Shown here piece after piece: positions 1 to 13,776 of a DNA stretch of 64,000 bases. The position numbers and the translations under genes are program-made. Position 1 is the first letter of the stretch; the number at the start of each line of letters is the position of its first letter. The notes beneath the pieces are model-generated. The model was given only the letters and a program-made list of their open reading frames with translations, was not told the DNA's origin and did not search any database. The DNA is from Blastocystis sp. Blastoise (taxonomy: Eukaryota; Protista; Bigyra: Opalinata): positions 248,001-312,000 of the forward strand of contig JBBPEB010000007.1 of assembly GCA_039096225.1 (NCBI GenBank), given 5' to 3'.

Positions 1-945
1 ACCTAACTAATAATCTCCTTTTCTTTCCCTTATCAAGTCATTTTTGTAATTGATAATCTATATTCTTATCATAAAGAATTGAATTATAAAAAATGAGGTT
101 TTATATTTAAACATAATTCTATTTCTTCTTTTTTCATCAAATATCTCGATCATTTCTTTTTCTAATAACCTTTATTAACAATATTCATTTGTATATACTT
201 ATAATTCTTATTATGAAATACAAGTATTGTTTATTGTATTTCAAAAATCCATAATCATAATTATTTATATATCTAATCAATAAATCATTCTGTTCTAAAT
301 AGTTTTGACCTCATTCTTTATTTTCCATTAAAAATCCTATTCATAGCATCTTCTTTCTTATTTCTTCATATATATATCTCTTCTTATTCGATAATCAACT
401 TATTCCACAAGAATCATCAATACACAAATCTCAAATAATTCTAATAATTCTAACTGATCTTCATATTCTAATGCATCAAAATCAACAATTTCATAATAGG
501 AATACACATCATTACCCATATAATTAAGGAAAACAGTTCCATCATCAGTTCTATACTCTTCAGAACATTGCTCATCAATAAAAGAACATTTCTAAGTATC
601 TAATTTTGATATCAAAATTCGAAAAACAGGACCATTATTGTTGAAACGAATCAGATCGGTATCTTCTTTATCACATTCATTATACCCATTCTTTTTATGA
701 TTTATAGCTGTAGTATTATGATTATTTAGAGTAGTATTTTCATTATATGAGTGTAATATATCTTCTATTTTGCCATAATCATCATTGAAACGCTTCATAA
801 TATTATTAATAAACATTCTAGAATGAATATCAAGATTTGTTACAGCTGAGAAAACAATTATAACATCTTTCATCAGTTCTTCATATCTATTAATATCTTC
901 CTTCAATCTATTAAACTTCTTAATATCAAATAACCTATCTTTTTA
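1..945 (-). pseudogene. Decayed BTB-TLDc family paralog (5' part; runs off the window start)
   Basis: Reads KDRLFDIKKFNRLKEDINRYEELMKDV..LIRFNNNGPVFRI, matching the N-terminus of 5615-7105. No ATG at the homologous start, an in-frame TAG at 592-594 with homology continuing (SFIDEQ..EEYRTDDGTVFLNY..EDQLELLELFE), then more stops and frameshifts. Confidence 0.85.
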
Positions 946-1155
946 TGCCTTTCTACGAAATATCAACTATAAAAAGAAAAAACAATTTCATTCATTTTTC
1001 CAGTGTAATTACTGTTTTAGACAGGATATCGATCTATTTTCCATGTTATTTTTTTTAACATTATTATTAAGCATAATTCATTTTCTTTTACGTTTTATCA
1101 GTTAATTATTAGTTAGAATTCGTTAAAATAGTATATTGGATTCAATATCAAAAAT

Positions 1156-4100
1156 ATGTCAGAAATAATAAATGAAATTAAGTGTGATCAAGAAAAACTA
1201 GGTATTCTTCTTATTATTCTATTATATTTGAACTATACATAATTAATATAGTTGATTTTATCTTTCAAGATGAGACTAGAATTAAAATTTCAGTGTCATT
1301 TCTTAATAATTATCCCGAATCATTGCTTTCATTAATCTATTTAAATAAAGCAAATTATTTGAAAGATGAAGATGCATATTTTGTTGATTCTCCTACTCTT
1401 CATATCGATAGAATTGTATTATATATGAAAAACGAACTATCTCTGGATACTTTGTCATTTACAGATATATTAGATCTATATTCTGGATTAAAACATTTCT
1501 TTGCTAGTTCATTTCTTGAATATCAAATGAAAATATATGATTATTTGATTTTAAGTATGCAAGAATTCATTGAACAACATGAATGTGGAATGTAATATAT
1601 ATATGTATATATATGTTATATAATATAATAATTGTGGTGATTTATTTGAATTTGATAAAGAAAAGGAATTAACTATTAATAGTATATTATAGAATTCTTT
1701 TCATTTCTCTATTTTTATAGATATATTTACAGAAGAAAGAAACTTATTATTTCAAAAATATTCAAAACTATTTGAGATTTTTAAAGTTACAACAGTTGTT
1801 TTACAATGTATATATATATTATAATATATGTTTATATATATATAGATGATTTTGATGATAGGACTCCTTATGAATATATATATCCCTCCAATTTACATGA
1901 ATTATTTCCTTCTAAAAATCAATATAAAATAAATAGTATGAATATGTAATATAGTATTATATATATATAGTGTCTTATTATCCTCAGAATAAAACTATAC
2001 AATAGATTCTAAAAAATATGATAATAATGATAATCATTATAATGAATATAGTCGTAGTTATTACTCACAACATTACCCTGAATCGTTTGAAAACTATAAA
2101 AATGAACATGAAGAAATGGCTTTCAATCATTCATTTATGAATAAAGATGATAATAAAGAAGATAATAAAGAAGAAATTATACCTTTAAATACAAATAATG
2201 AAATACACTCTTTGAAAGAAGAAGAAAAATCATATTTATATTATGAAATTGATGATTATTATTCCCGTGAATATAATGAGAAACAAAAAGAATTAGAGAA
2301 AAATGATGCTGATATTAAAAAGAAGAAGAAAACAATTAGCTATATTTTCTATTATATAAATAATGAAAATAGTAAATTATATCTATATATATCTTATTAA
2401 TATATATATATAGTTCGTGATATTTTGCATCCAATTTTAGAGTAAAAATATAGACACTATTATTTATAGTTCTATTTTAAATCTTTTTTACTCTGTAACA
2501 ATAATTTAAATATATAAATGTATATAGATATTCAAGTGATGAATGTTATGAAATCTTTAATTATATACTTAATATGCCTATATGTAAACAAATACAAGAA
2601 ATAAAAACAAAATGTATATATATAGAATTCTATTTCTTCTTCTTATTATTATTATATAGCAAGACAAAAAGAAATAATAAATCCAGAAATGCATCCACTT
2701 TTAAAGCATTAAAGAATGGAATATTTGATCATATTTATATATTTAATATTCTTAATTGTATATTTATATATATTGTTATAATAATAATATATATATTAAA
2801 TCTATATATATGTTTAGATATTTAAAGTAAATTCTATTCAAAATATCAAAAATTAATACAAGAAATTATAAGTACACATATTTTTGATAATGTTACAACT
2901 ATAGAAATTAATGGTATATATATATTATATTTATAATTATATTTTCTATATATAGGTGATCATACAAATCAATGTGATATAGAATTTCAAATTGAATTAC
3001 TTCATTTCTTTACAAGAATTCATTTCCCAAAGATATCTATATATGATCTTAGTAAATATTATTGTTGTTGTCCATACGATACTAAATCCAGATTTACAAA
3101 ATATTTAGTACCCTATTCACTTTTAGAATTAATAGATATTATATATATAAAGCATTCAAACTTATATAAGAATACATTTCCTATAAATGTAGAATCATTA
3201 GAAACTATTTTTCAAGTGAAGAAACATCATGATATTACTATTCAATGTATATATATATGATTATGATTTTAAATAATAATGATAATAATACTATTTAGCA
3301 TATATATTAATTGATACATTTGATGAATTAATGAAAATAGTATTATATTCAGGATTATTGATTGATTATGACGTTTATTTTGATTTTATATTATTATATA
3401 TATATAATTATTATATATTATTTATTTATATAGTTGATGATATATCTAAAAGTCTCAGTGATTATTCACTTATTGATTTGAACTTATATCATTCTAAATT
3501 CATTGATGTCGGTATATATTTATTTTATATATATTATTTATATTAAGATAATATATTTTTTATTGAAATACTATATTTATGATAGAATATTCAATATTTA
3601 AAATTAAATTATTATAATATAATATATATAGAAGCTAATATTACAAATTATACTATATTACACAGGATGCAATGTATATGTGAACGAATCAATTGCGATC
3701 ATTTAGAAGCAATATCTATTCACTGTAATCATTTATTATTCTTTTCTTTATATATATATATATATAGTAATTGATATTATAGATGAAACAATAAATGAGT
3801 ATTATAATGAATATATATCATTCTTATCAACATGTAATTATACTACTGTGAATAAATTAACAATAGGTATATATATTAAAATTATAAACAATGAATATTG
3901 ATTATATATAGATAAACATCAATCTTATTTTTCATCATTTGAAACACCTTATTTACAATATATAAAGGAAATTAATGATGTTTTTTATAAATTCTTTTTA
4001 TTATTTTCAAATAATATTCAATATATATATATTTCAGGTATATATACTATTTTTATTCTATTTCAAAATATTAAATATAATTTACATATATAGATTTTAT

Positions 4101-5262
4101 TCTCGCAAAATATTTATTATTTTCAAAGGATACTATACAACTACATTTATGGTCTAATTTACAAGAATTATATCTTTATTTTAGTATAAAATATATGTGA
4201 ATATCTATTCTATACTTACTGTTTATATATAGATGATACTATAGAGAGTTTAAGTCTTACTCTATTTAATGAACTTGATAAAAGACAATTAAATAACTTG
4301 AAAATAGTATCTATTTTATGTCCTTGTATATATACTATGTTCTATTTTATACTTAAGTATTATAGTGTTCTTATAATATTATTAATCAATTTTATATCTA
4401 TATTTATGCTATTCTTGTTTTTTAATTATATAAATCTAATAATTTTATACTAAACTATATATATATATGTATTTAATTATTTCAATTAATTAACTATATT
4501 ATTATTATATAAAACACTATTTAGGTTCTATCTCGTTTGATATGACTCATATATATACATTTATTGATTCATTCAAAAACGTTTCTTCTTCTTCTTTTCA
4601 TAATCTTAATATGTTCAATCTATCAATTCAACCAATGTGTATATATATTCTAATTGAATTCATTATTCTATTTATATACATATTTAACATTTTTTTCACT
4701 TTATTATTATTTTATTTAAATTAATAAGTTATATATAATAATAACTAGAATTCATCATGATTTTCCTATTCTATAGTTGGTGATAATACTATTGATATTC
4801 ATCTACTTGAGTCATTTCCATCCTTCTCTTTCTATTTACATAAGCCAATTACTTCTATTATTATGTGTAAAGATATTTGTTGTTTTGGTAACTCTATTCA
4901 TTCCTATGAAAACTATATATATAATCAATTAAACTCAAAGTATTCAAAGAATATTCAATACTTAGAAATATGTATTTTTATTATGATTTATATATATATG
5001 TTTGTAATATATATATATTATTTTTTTAGTTATCTCAAATCATTCAGTATTCACAAATATTGTACAGTTAGTAGTAAAAGATACATTTCCATTCTTGAAG
5101 AAAATCAAAATATATTTATGCTATTTTTTTAATATAGAATTTATAATATATATAACATCATTTGATTTCAATGAAGAAGTGACATTATTACAATCTTATA
5201 ATGACACTCATTTATTTTATTGTGAAATTATTCAATGTCGTTTACAAGATGATGATTATTAA
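1156..5262 (+). pseudogene. Multi-exon BTB/POZ-like + LRR-like repeat gene (copy A1), probably disabled
   Basis: Spliced start MSEIINEIKCDQEKL/VDFIFQDETRIKISVSFLNNYPESLL..DAYFVDSP is KCTD-like BTB, followed by about 20 short GT-AG exons. There is a 1-bp deletion near 2001 relative to A2, an in-frame TAA at 2823-2825, and no AG acceptor near 1630. Confidence 0.7.
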
Positions 5263-5614
5263 ATTATAAATAATTATTTATATGTATGGTATTTATGGGT
5301 TTATTAAGTTGTTAATGGATATTTTATAAAGAAGTTTATTGTATTTATATTTGTTGCTTACAAAAAAAAAAATAGTATACAATTAATTCTAAAAGTTTTT
5401 TGTAGAAATGTTATTTTGTAGTTATAAATTTTTATTCATTCTAAACTATTCAATAGAATAAAATTTAAAAAATTCATTAATAGACTATATTATATAATAT
5501 ATGATTAAAAAAAAACATATATAAATATTATAAAGAATATATAATAACGTATTTATATATAAATGAATGTATATAAAAAAAAGTATTGTGAATATATGTA
5601 TGCAACTATATATA

Positions 5615-7105
5615 TTAAGTTCTTCCCCAGACTTCATAATCTTCTACTTTAAAATCATTTCTAGAATTAGCATTATTAGTATTCACAAATAAGGATGATT
5701 TTTGGGGAGTATTCACTTCAGAATAAGAATGTGCATTACAATAAGAATCAGTATTACTATAACATTGATCAGATATCTTGATGTCATAACCACCTCCAAA
5801 TTTTGGACCATTAGAAGAAGTACAAAATATAGCATAACTTCTATCACTATTTATATAATCATATTTAGTAGGAGGAATACCATGTTCATTACTTAAAGTA
5901 AATAGAAATTCTTTAGAAAAAGATTTAGAACTCCCTGGACGATATTCCCAACTTTGATCTGTATATCCTCCAAATATATTAATATGATTATTATGACCAA
6001 TATGTTTGATTATAGTTACTGTTTCTCCTTTATTATCACAACATCTATGGAATTCACTTGCTTTATATTCATGTTCACTTGCTCTAAATAATAATTTCCA
6101 TTTCTTTTCTTTACCAAGCCAATTCACTAATGGTCTCTCAAATTCTTTATTAATAATAGTTGATTGATTGAACCATCCTGGAATCATTGCTTCTTTTGTT
6201 TCTTCTTTTCCTTTTTCACCAAATAATTCAACCATCTCTTTCTCTAATAATTCTTTATTAATATCATTAATCTTATCTTCTTCTATATATATATATATAT
6301 TATTCACATATTCAGTAATATATTCAATATATTCATATTTCTTATTCATATATAAACTATTATCAATAGGATTATAATTGATAAATCCATTATCATAATT
6401 CTTAACATAATCATTCCATAAACCATTCTTTACTAAATATTCTTTAATAGTATCATTCGTATTTCCATTAATAATCAAAGAAACTTCATCTCCTTCTTCA
6501 TATTTCTTCATCTTTCGATCTCTTCTTTCTCTACAATCTATTAATTCCATAGGAATTACTAAGCCACAAAATTCAAATAAATTCAATAGTTCTAATTGTT
6601 CCTCATAAGAAAAAGAATCAAAATTTACTTTCTTTCCATTCAAATAATCTATTAAATAATAAATAAAAGCATCATTTCCAGGATAATCAAGATATATAGA
6701 TCCATCATTGGCTCTATATTCTTCATCACGTTGTTCTTCAATAAAAGAACCTTTTAAAGAATCTAAAACAGATTTTGATATTTGAAAAATAGGACCATTA
6801 TTGGTAAATCGTATCAAATCCATATCATTATCATCATTATCATCCATATTTACATTCATATCTTCATTATTCTTATCTTTATAAACACATTTCTTTTCAA
6901 ATTCATTACTTTCACCTTCCTTCTCAATACAATCATCTCCAATATGTTTTATAAGTCTATTAATTGACAATCCAGAATGTATTCCAAGATTCATTACTGA
7001 TCCAAATACATTAACTACATCTTTCATCAATTCTTCATATACATTGATATCTTCCTTCAATCTATTGAATTTATCAGTATCAAATAACACCTTTTCTTTC
7101 ACCAT
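5615..7105 (-). CDS. Intronless BTB/POZ-like + TLDc domain protein (~496 aa)
   Basis: Start MVKEKVLFD is shared with the 26556 paralog. BTB-like segment LIRF..FQISKSVL..SFI..DGSIYLDYP..LIDYL..LLNLFEFCGL. C-terminal TLDc motifs KWKLLFRASEH..EFHRCCDNKGETV..IFGGYT..FLFTL..GPKFGGGYDI..FKVEDYEVW. Confidence 0.9.
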   Translation of the reverse strand: MVKEKVLFDTDKFNRLKEDINVYEELMKDVVNVFGSVMNLGIHSGLSINRLIKHIGDDCIEKEGESNEFEKKCVYKDKNNEDMNVNMDDNDDNDMDLIRFTNNGPIFQISKSVLDSLKGSFIEEQRDEEYRANDGSIYLDYPGNDAFIYYLIDYLNGKKVNFDSFSYEEQLELLNLFEFCGLVIPMELIDCRERRDRKMKKYEEGDEVSLIINGNTNDTIKEYLVKNGLWNDYVKNYDNGFINYNPIDNSLYMNKKYEYIEYITEYVNNIYIYIEEDKINDINKELLEKEMVELFGEKGKEETKEAMIPGWFNQSTIINKEFERPLVNWLGKEKKWKLLFRASEHEYKASEFHRCCDNKGETVTIIKHIGHNNHINIFGGYTDQSWEYRPGSSKSFSKEFLFTLSNEHGIPPTKYDYINSDRSYAIFCTSSNGPKFGGGYDIKISDQCYSNTDSYCNAHSYSEVNTPQKSSLFVNTNNANSRNDFKVEDYEVWGRT

Positions 7106-8691
7106 TAATGAAATAATGCTAATCAAATAAATATAGTTATTTCCCCTGTTTATTTTTATTTTTTCAATATTTATTATTTTCTTATTATTCACTTATTATT
7201 AATCTATGATTATTCATATTATTTTGAATGATTATTAATTAACATGATCTGCAAGAATCTGCTAAAAATTCCTTAAAATAAAAAGATACTTGTGGTTCTT
7301 TACCTCATTGATTGTTTTAAATAAAAAATTGAATATTATCAGGAAATATAGAGGATGCTAGAGACAGAATGACATGCTTAATAAGTATATATCTCTTGAT
7401 TATTTTTCATTTTGATGAATTAGTCTCTTATTTTAAACAGATACATTTCTATTTTTATTTATATGATATATATATATTTATATATACTAATTATTACTTA
7501 TATAGAAATGAATAACTCTGTTTTTATTGTAATTATTCCTGATTTCTGATTGAATTTAATGCGATATTATTTTTTTATATTATATTTATATGATATGCTT
7601 TTATTACTCAAATAAAATCTCTTCTATAGTCTTTAGATACAAAATTCTTCCTTTGTTTTCTATCTCCTTCTTCTTACTCTTGCATTTCTATTTCACATTA
7701 TTTTATTCATGGTATTTTATACAACATTTTATTAATATCTCAAAATCATAATCATAATTATTATAGATAATATATTATCTATATATGGATTAATAATGAA
7801 TATTTCTGATCTTTTATTCAATAGTATATTCATCTTAAAAGAAATCAATATATTTTAAATATGTTACAACAATGTGAATAAATATATCATATTAATAAGT
7901 ATAATATTATTCTAAGCATATTCATTTCATAATTCTTGATTATTATTCGATATTTAAAAAAATAATAATCGTAAAATATATATATAATAATAATAATAAA
8001 ACACAGTAGTTCAAATCATGCTTCTTGAATACACTAATTATATTCTATAAATGCATTTTTGTTATAACATTTGAAAACTTTAAGCTATGTCAACGACTTA
8101 ATAGTAATATATATTATTTCATAATTCTGAATACATAAATTTATCTGTATTTTGATAAAAGCATATATATTAAAAATTATTTATAAAATTATATAAAAAA
8201 TAAAAACATTTTATTCAGTAATCTTTATGAATAATACTATATAACACTTGCCTTAAAACTTTTTAAAAACATAAACAAAGCTGTATCCAACAGAGTCAAT
8301 AAAGTAATGAAATACTGTAAAATATAATACTATTTTCATTATTTTTTGTATATCCAACTAATTCTGTCTCAATAAAATCACTATGTTTTCATATCAATGT
8401 ATATATAGCAACTAACGTTTATGAATTACTTTTAGTTATCTAAATTTCAGAATATCATACCATAATAATAATTTTGAATATATATTTAAAGTAAATGTTT
8501 AGTGAGCACAACATAAAAATGTATTTATAATAAATACAAAAACAATATTTTTTTCAAATGTTTTAAAATAAAAGAGCAATTACCTATAAAAATCTTAGAA
8601 ATGTTAATAAATAATAAAAAATAATAATAGATAAAAAGAGATTATTAAATATAATAGCAGAGAGAAACATAAAAGATAATCATAAAGAAAA

Positions 8692-9023
8692 TTATAATTC
8701 TTCTAATTCATAATTTACATGATTCTCCTGAATAAATGAAGAATCATTTAATTGTTGTTTATACATATCAAGTTGTTCAGTTGAAATATCACAATCTAAA
8801 TAATAGATTATCTATACAACAATTTATATATATATACCAATATAAAAAATAAATTCTTTTAATTTAGGAATTTTTCCAGTAGAAATAAAATTGACGAGTT
8901 TTATTAATTGTTCATCATCATAAATATATAATTGTGAGTTTCTTATATGTTGAGTTTTATTTTCATTTATACATTCAAATAATGTTTCTATCTCATATTG
9001 ACTCATCGTTTCATCTATATATA

Positions 9024-9102
<79 letters not shown>

Positions 9103-10794
9103 ATTTGTACCCATAATTGCATCTATAAATTTATGACTATCATATTTACATCGAAGAATTGAGTCATAAGAATTATTAATATATTCATCATAAGAATAAT
9201 AACTAGTTAATCGGATAGTACTTGACGATGGAAAGTTATTATTATTCATATATCTACAAAATGTGTTCATTAAATCTTCCCACCAATCTTCACAATCGTT
9301 ACCTATATATATATACATATATATATACATATTATTTAATAAAAATAATGTTTAAATAATGATGAGATTATACATGTATATACATGATTCATAGTTTTAA
9401 ATATATTAATAATAATTATAATAAATATATATATATATACAAAACGTGATAGATCTTAGTTGAGGGAAATTATCAATAGTAAATAGTTTGAAAAAGTTAT
9501 CGTCTGGTATATCCTCAATATCTAAATAAATATATATAAAAATATTAGGATAAAATATTTTATATATTATGATTAAAATACTATATATATTTTATATATT
9601 ATGATTAAAATACTATATATATTTAATATATATACTTAAAAATAATTCAGTTGTATTGTGAAAACACCCTTTTTTAATTAATTGATTTATAAAAGACATG
9701 TAGCAAACTAATAAGAATAGATATTAAAATTATTTAAATAAATAATTTTTACACCTAATAATAATTAATATAAATAATTACATTCTATTGAAACAATAGA
9801 AGCTTTAGGAATTAATTTCTCTAATAAATTTTCATATGTATTTAAACATTCAGATAATGAGTCTTTTTTTATAGAAATCACTATATACATATTCATATGT
9901 TTTATAATATAACATACAGTTAATCTCTAATTCATGAATAGTATTAAACTTATTGTCATCAAAGAGAGTTGATATCCATTCTAAATATTTTAGACTTACA
10001 GCAACAAAAAATGTAATATTTAAACAATTCAGATGCTCTAATACATTACTCTTTAAGAATGTTTCCAATGCATTTCTTTTATCAATTTCACCTTGATCAT
10101 TATTATTATCATTATTATCATCATCTATAAATGAATAAATATTAGTAATATTACTACTATATATCCACAATATATTTATTGCATCTATTAATAAATACCT
10201 TTAATTGCTATATGTAAACAATCAATATTATGTTTATAATTTTTAATAATATCTAATGTTTTGATAGTATCAGAACGACAAGAATCAACTGTATAAAATA
10301 GTATATATATAATATAATATAAAAAGTAATTCAATAAAAGAAGAAAGAAATATTTCATACTTAAAAGATTATCAAAAGAAATAAGATCTTTCTCTAACAA
10401 TTCATTTAAATGCGGAAAATAATAAATAAAATCATCTATAAAAAGTAAATAGATGAACTTAATTATATATATAGTATTATAGTCATAAATATATATATAT
10501 ATATATAATACATAAATTCTTATTAATTCCAACAATATGAATTGAATGTGTATAAGCTAAATCATCTAAAAGAATAGCAACTTCCTCTTTCTCATCACTA
10601 TCAATTTCATTTATACGAATAGTATCAATAATAGATATTAAATTAACAGGAAATAGAGAATCAAAATTGTCAGTAGCTACAATAATTATTATAATAGCTT
10701 ATTAAATAATTTATAAATGTACCTATTGTATTATTATAATTGATAATATGTAATTTTGGAAAGTTTTTTGGATTTATTAAAGATAATTGAAAGG

Positions 10795-10834
<40 letters not shown>

Positions 10835-11084
10835 ATCATTATCATATATAAGTTTAGTAACATTTGAAAATATATGAGTTGTCATTATTTTGTCAAATAA
10901 ATTCTCATCAATTATATTTGTTAATTTATTAACTATATTGAATAATAATAATTGCTATTATATAAAAATAATACCCCTGTCAACATTGAGTGTTGTTATA
11001 GAATCAAAAAGTCCTTCTTCAAATAATTTCATAAAAAGCACAGAATTATATTCAGAAATAGAATCTAAAATAAAATATTAATTC

Positions 11085-11156
<72 letters not shown>

Positions 11157-11750
11157 CACGTATGTAGAATGATTTCTGAAATAGATAAATAGGAAGGAAG
11201 TAGTAATAATTGAGATATACCCAATTTAGAAGATGCTTCAATAATACTATTATATATATATTAATGAATTCAAAATATAATTATATACTATAATGTTTTA
11301 TCGTTTATTTTATCTATATATAATGATAATATGTTAAATTATTTATAAATATGTATATACCATCATATTCAATTTTAAATGTATCTATTAATATATATTC
11401 ATCGTTTGTTTCACTGATTTCTACTTGTGAATAATCATTTGTATATATAGCTTCATTAACTATATATTTATATATTTTATGTAATACATTCTTGTCTCTT
11501 CTTTCACTAACAGAATCAATCAAATCATAAGAATAATAGATTTTATTTAGATCTAAAGAAGAAATCTTATTATATTCATTCATTTCGGATTCTGTGTAAT
11601 AATTATATATTCTAGGTTTATATGTTTCATCTTCATCATTATAATATAAACGAATATATTCAATTATATATTCATCACTATTTGGATTTAATAATAGTTC
11701 AGTTTTCTTATAATGCGTATTTACTATATAATATGTTTATTAATAATATG

Positions 11751-11799
<49 letters not shown>

Positions 11800-12021
11800 A
11801 GTAATATGTAATTCTTTTAATGAAGGGAATATATCTTGAATATTTGTTGGATATATATATTCTAATGGAATATTCGAAGAATAATCATCTATATATAGAT
11901 TATTATTATTTATATTATATTATATATATATATATATAATTTTAACTTTTGTAATACATATCATTTTAATAAGAAGAGAATAATATAATAATTCATCTTT
12001 TCGTTGAGGTGTTATTAATCC

Positions 12022-12060
<39 letters not shown>

Positions 12061-12558
12061 TACCTTTTATATGCATTTCTTTTTTATTTGAACTGTATAA
12101 ATCCAAAGTCATAGTTAATTTAACATCTTCATTATCATATTCATATATATCATAATTGTTATCTTTCAAATAATTATAAAATAACTCTTTAAGATGAAAT
12201 AATAAATCACTTTGAAACTCATCGTTAATCACAACTGAATATTCAATAAGTGTTTTATAGATATCATAACTATCTCTCAGATTTAAAGAAGAAACATCCA
12301 CGTTATCTTCCATTAAAAAAGAAATCACTTTTTCAATATGAAAAGGAAGCATATCTATATAATAGCTACCGTCACCATATTTTTCAGAGTGTCCAATAAT
12401 ATCATAAAAGGGAAATTGACAATATTTCTCAATAAATTCCCTAGGAACCCATAATTGCGTCTCATCTTGAAACGAAAACAAATCTATAAGAAAAATAAAT
12501 ATTTCTAATTTATTCAAATACATCTATCTTTATTCAAACTAGTTTCAGTTGCTGACAT
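8692..12558 (-). CDS. Multi-exon BTB/POZ-like + LRR-like repeat protein (copy B1)
   Basis: MSATETSLNKD../DLFSFQDETQLWVPREFIEKY..DGSYYIDM, then short exons with IFPSLKEL, IFSNVTKL, NFPKLHII, NFPQLRS, KIPKLKEF motifs. Ends ELEEL* at 8692. Collinear with B2. Not every splice junction was verified. Confidence 0.75.
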
Positions 12559-13776
12559 GACTCTAAATAAACAATGTTAACAATGGAATTACAAAATATT
12601 TATCGAAAAGCATTTCAGATAATAATCTTCAACACATACAATAATTATACTTGATAAATCTAAAAAATAAGCAAAGAACAACTTATTAAACTTATAAAAT
12701 AAAACAAGAAAAATTATCAAAACAAGAATCTTTCTTTCTCTATATAATAACGAAATCTTTCCTCTTTAACAGTGGAAAAAAACGGAAGTTTTCAGGTTCT
12801 TGTGGAAAAGTACTAAACGATAGTGGAAAAAACGAGTGTTTCACTATGGAGAAACAAACAAAGAATTATGGAAAAAAAAACATTTTTGGTGTGTTGTCAA
12901 TCTTCAGTACAAGCTATTGTTGAGTCAAGAGACCATGGGGTAATCAATGTATATGCTATAACTATACTAACCTTAAAAAATAAAGTAATATTGAACGAGT
13001 ATAAAATATAATTACAATTAATAAAATGGAAATTAGAATTTGGTTCTTTTATTCAACTCTAGACACTATAGTCTATATAAATATATATCAATTACAACTT
13101 TGTAATAAAGTTGAATCAAACATTTTTATTTTTTGCATTATTTTATCAATAAGAATATCTGGTCATGTACATCCCTTTATGTATATTCTTATTTATATAA
13201 AATATCGGTATTTTATGAATTATCGATGCATCTCTATTCATGTCAACTTTTCTAAATATTATAATAGTAGCTTTTTTGTATACAATAGACAGTTTATAAC
13301 TCATAATGATAGATTTTAGATTAAATTTACAAAATATTACGAATATGATGAATAAATATAATTGTATTAATGCCTTATTAATATTGAACAGAACATAAAA
13401 TCTATTTATAAAGTGATATACTCTACAATTAAATAAGATAAATCACTGATAAACTGAATTGCAACTAATTGTCATATATACTTACAATCTCTCCTGTTCG
13501 AAGTGTGAACATAAGTATGTAGAATACAAAAAATATATATAATTTTCAAAAATAAGTATTTTGATATTATTATACAAGAAAAGTCACTTTTAAAAGAAAA
13601 TTTTGGTACAAGTGAAACTTGATGGACTTTGCTTATCTTTAAAAAAAGTACACAACCAAATATACACTTTTCCACAAGAACTTAAGAACGTCTCTACTAG
13701 AATATCCAAAATAATTCTGTTTTATGTATCATATTTCTATCAGAAATATATAAATATATCTATTAGTACTTTGAGA

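Noticed and set aside
6283-6308. Possible micro-intron at the TA run inside the TLDc gene
   Set aside because: The NNIYIYIEE peptide aligns without a gap to SNSVYVSEE in the paralog, so it is coding.
8934-9116. Many ORF-track entries rich in I/Y/F/L (IYIYIY, poly-I, poly-L)
   Set aside because: They are translations of TA-rich introns, microsatellites, or other frames of the AAT repeat.
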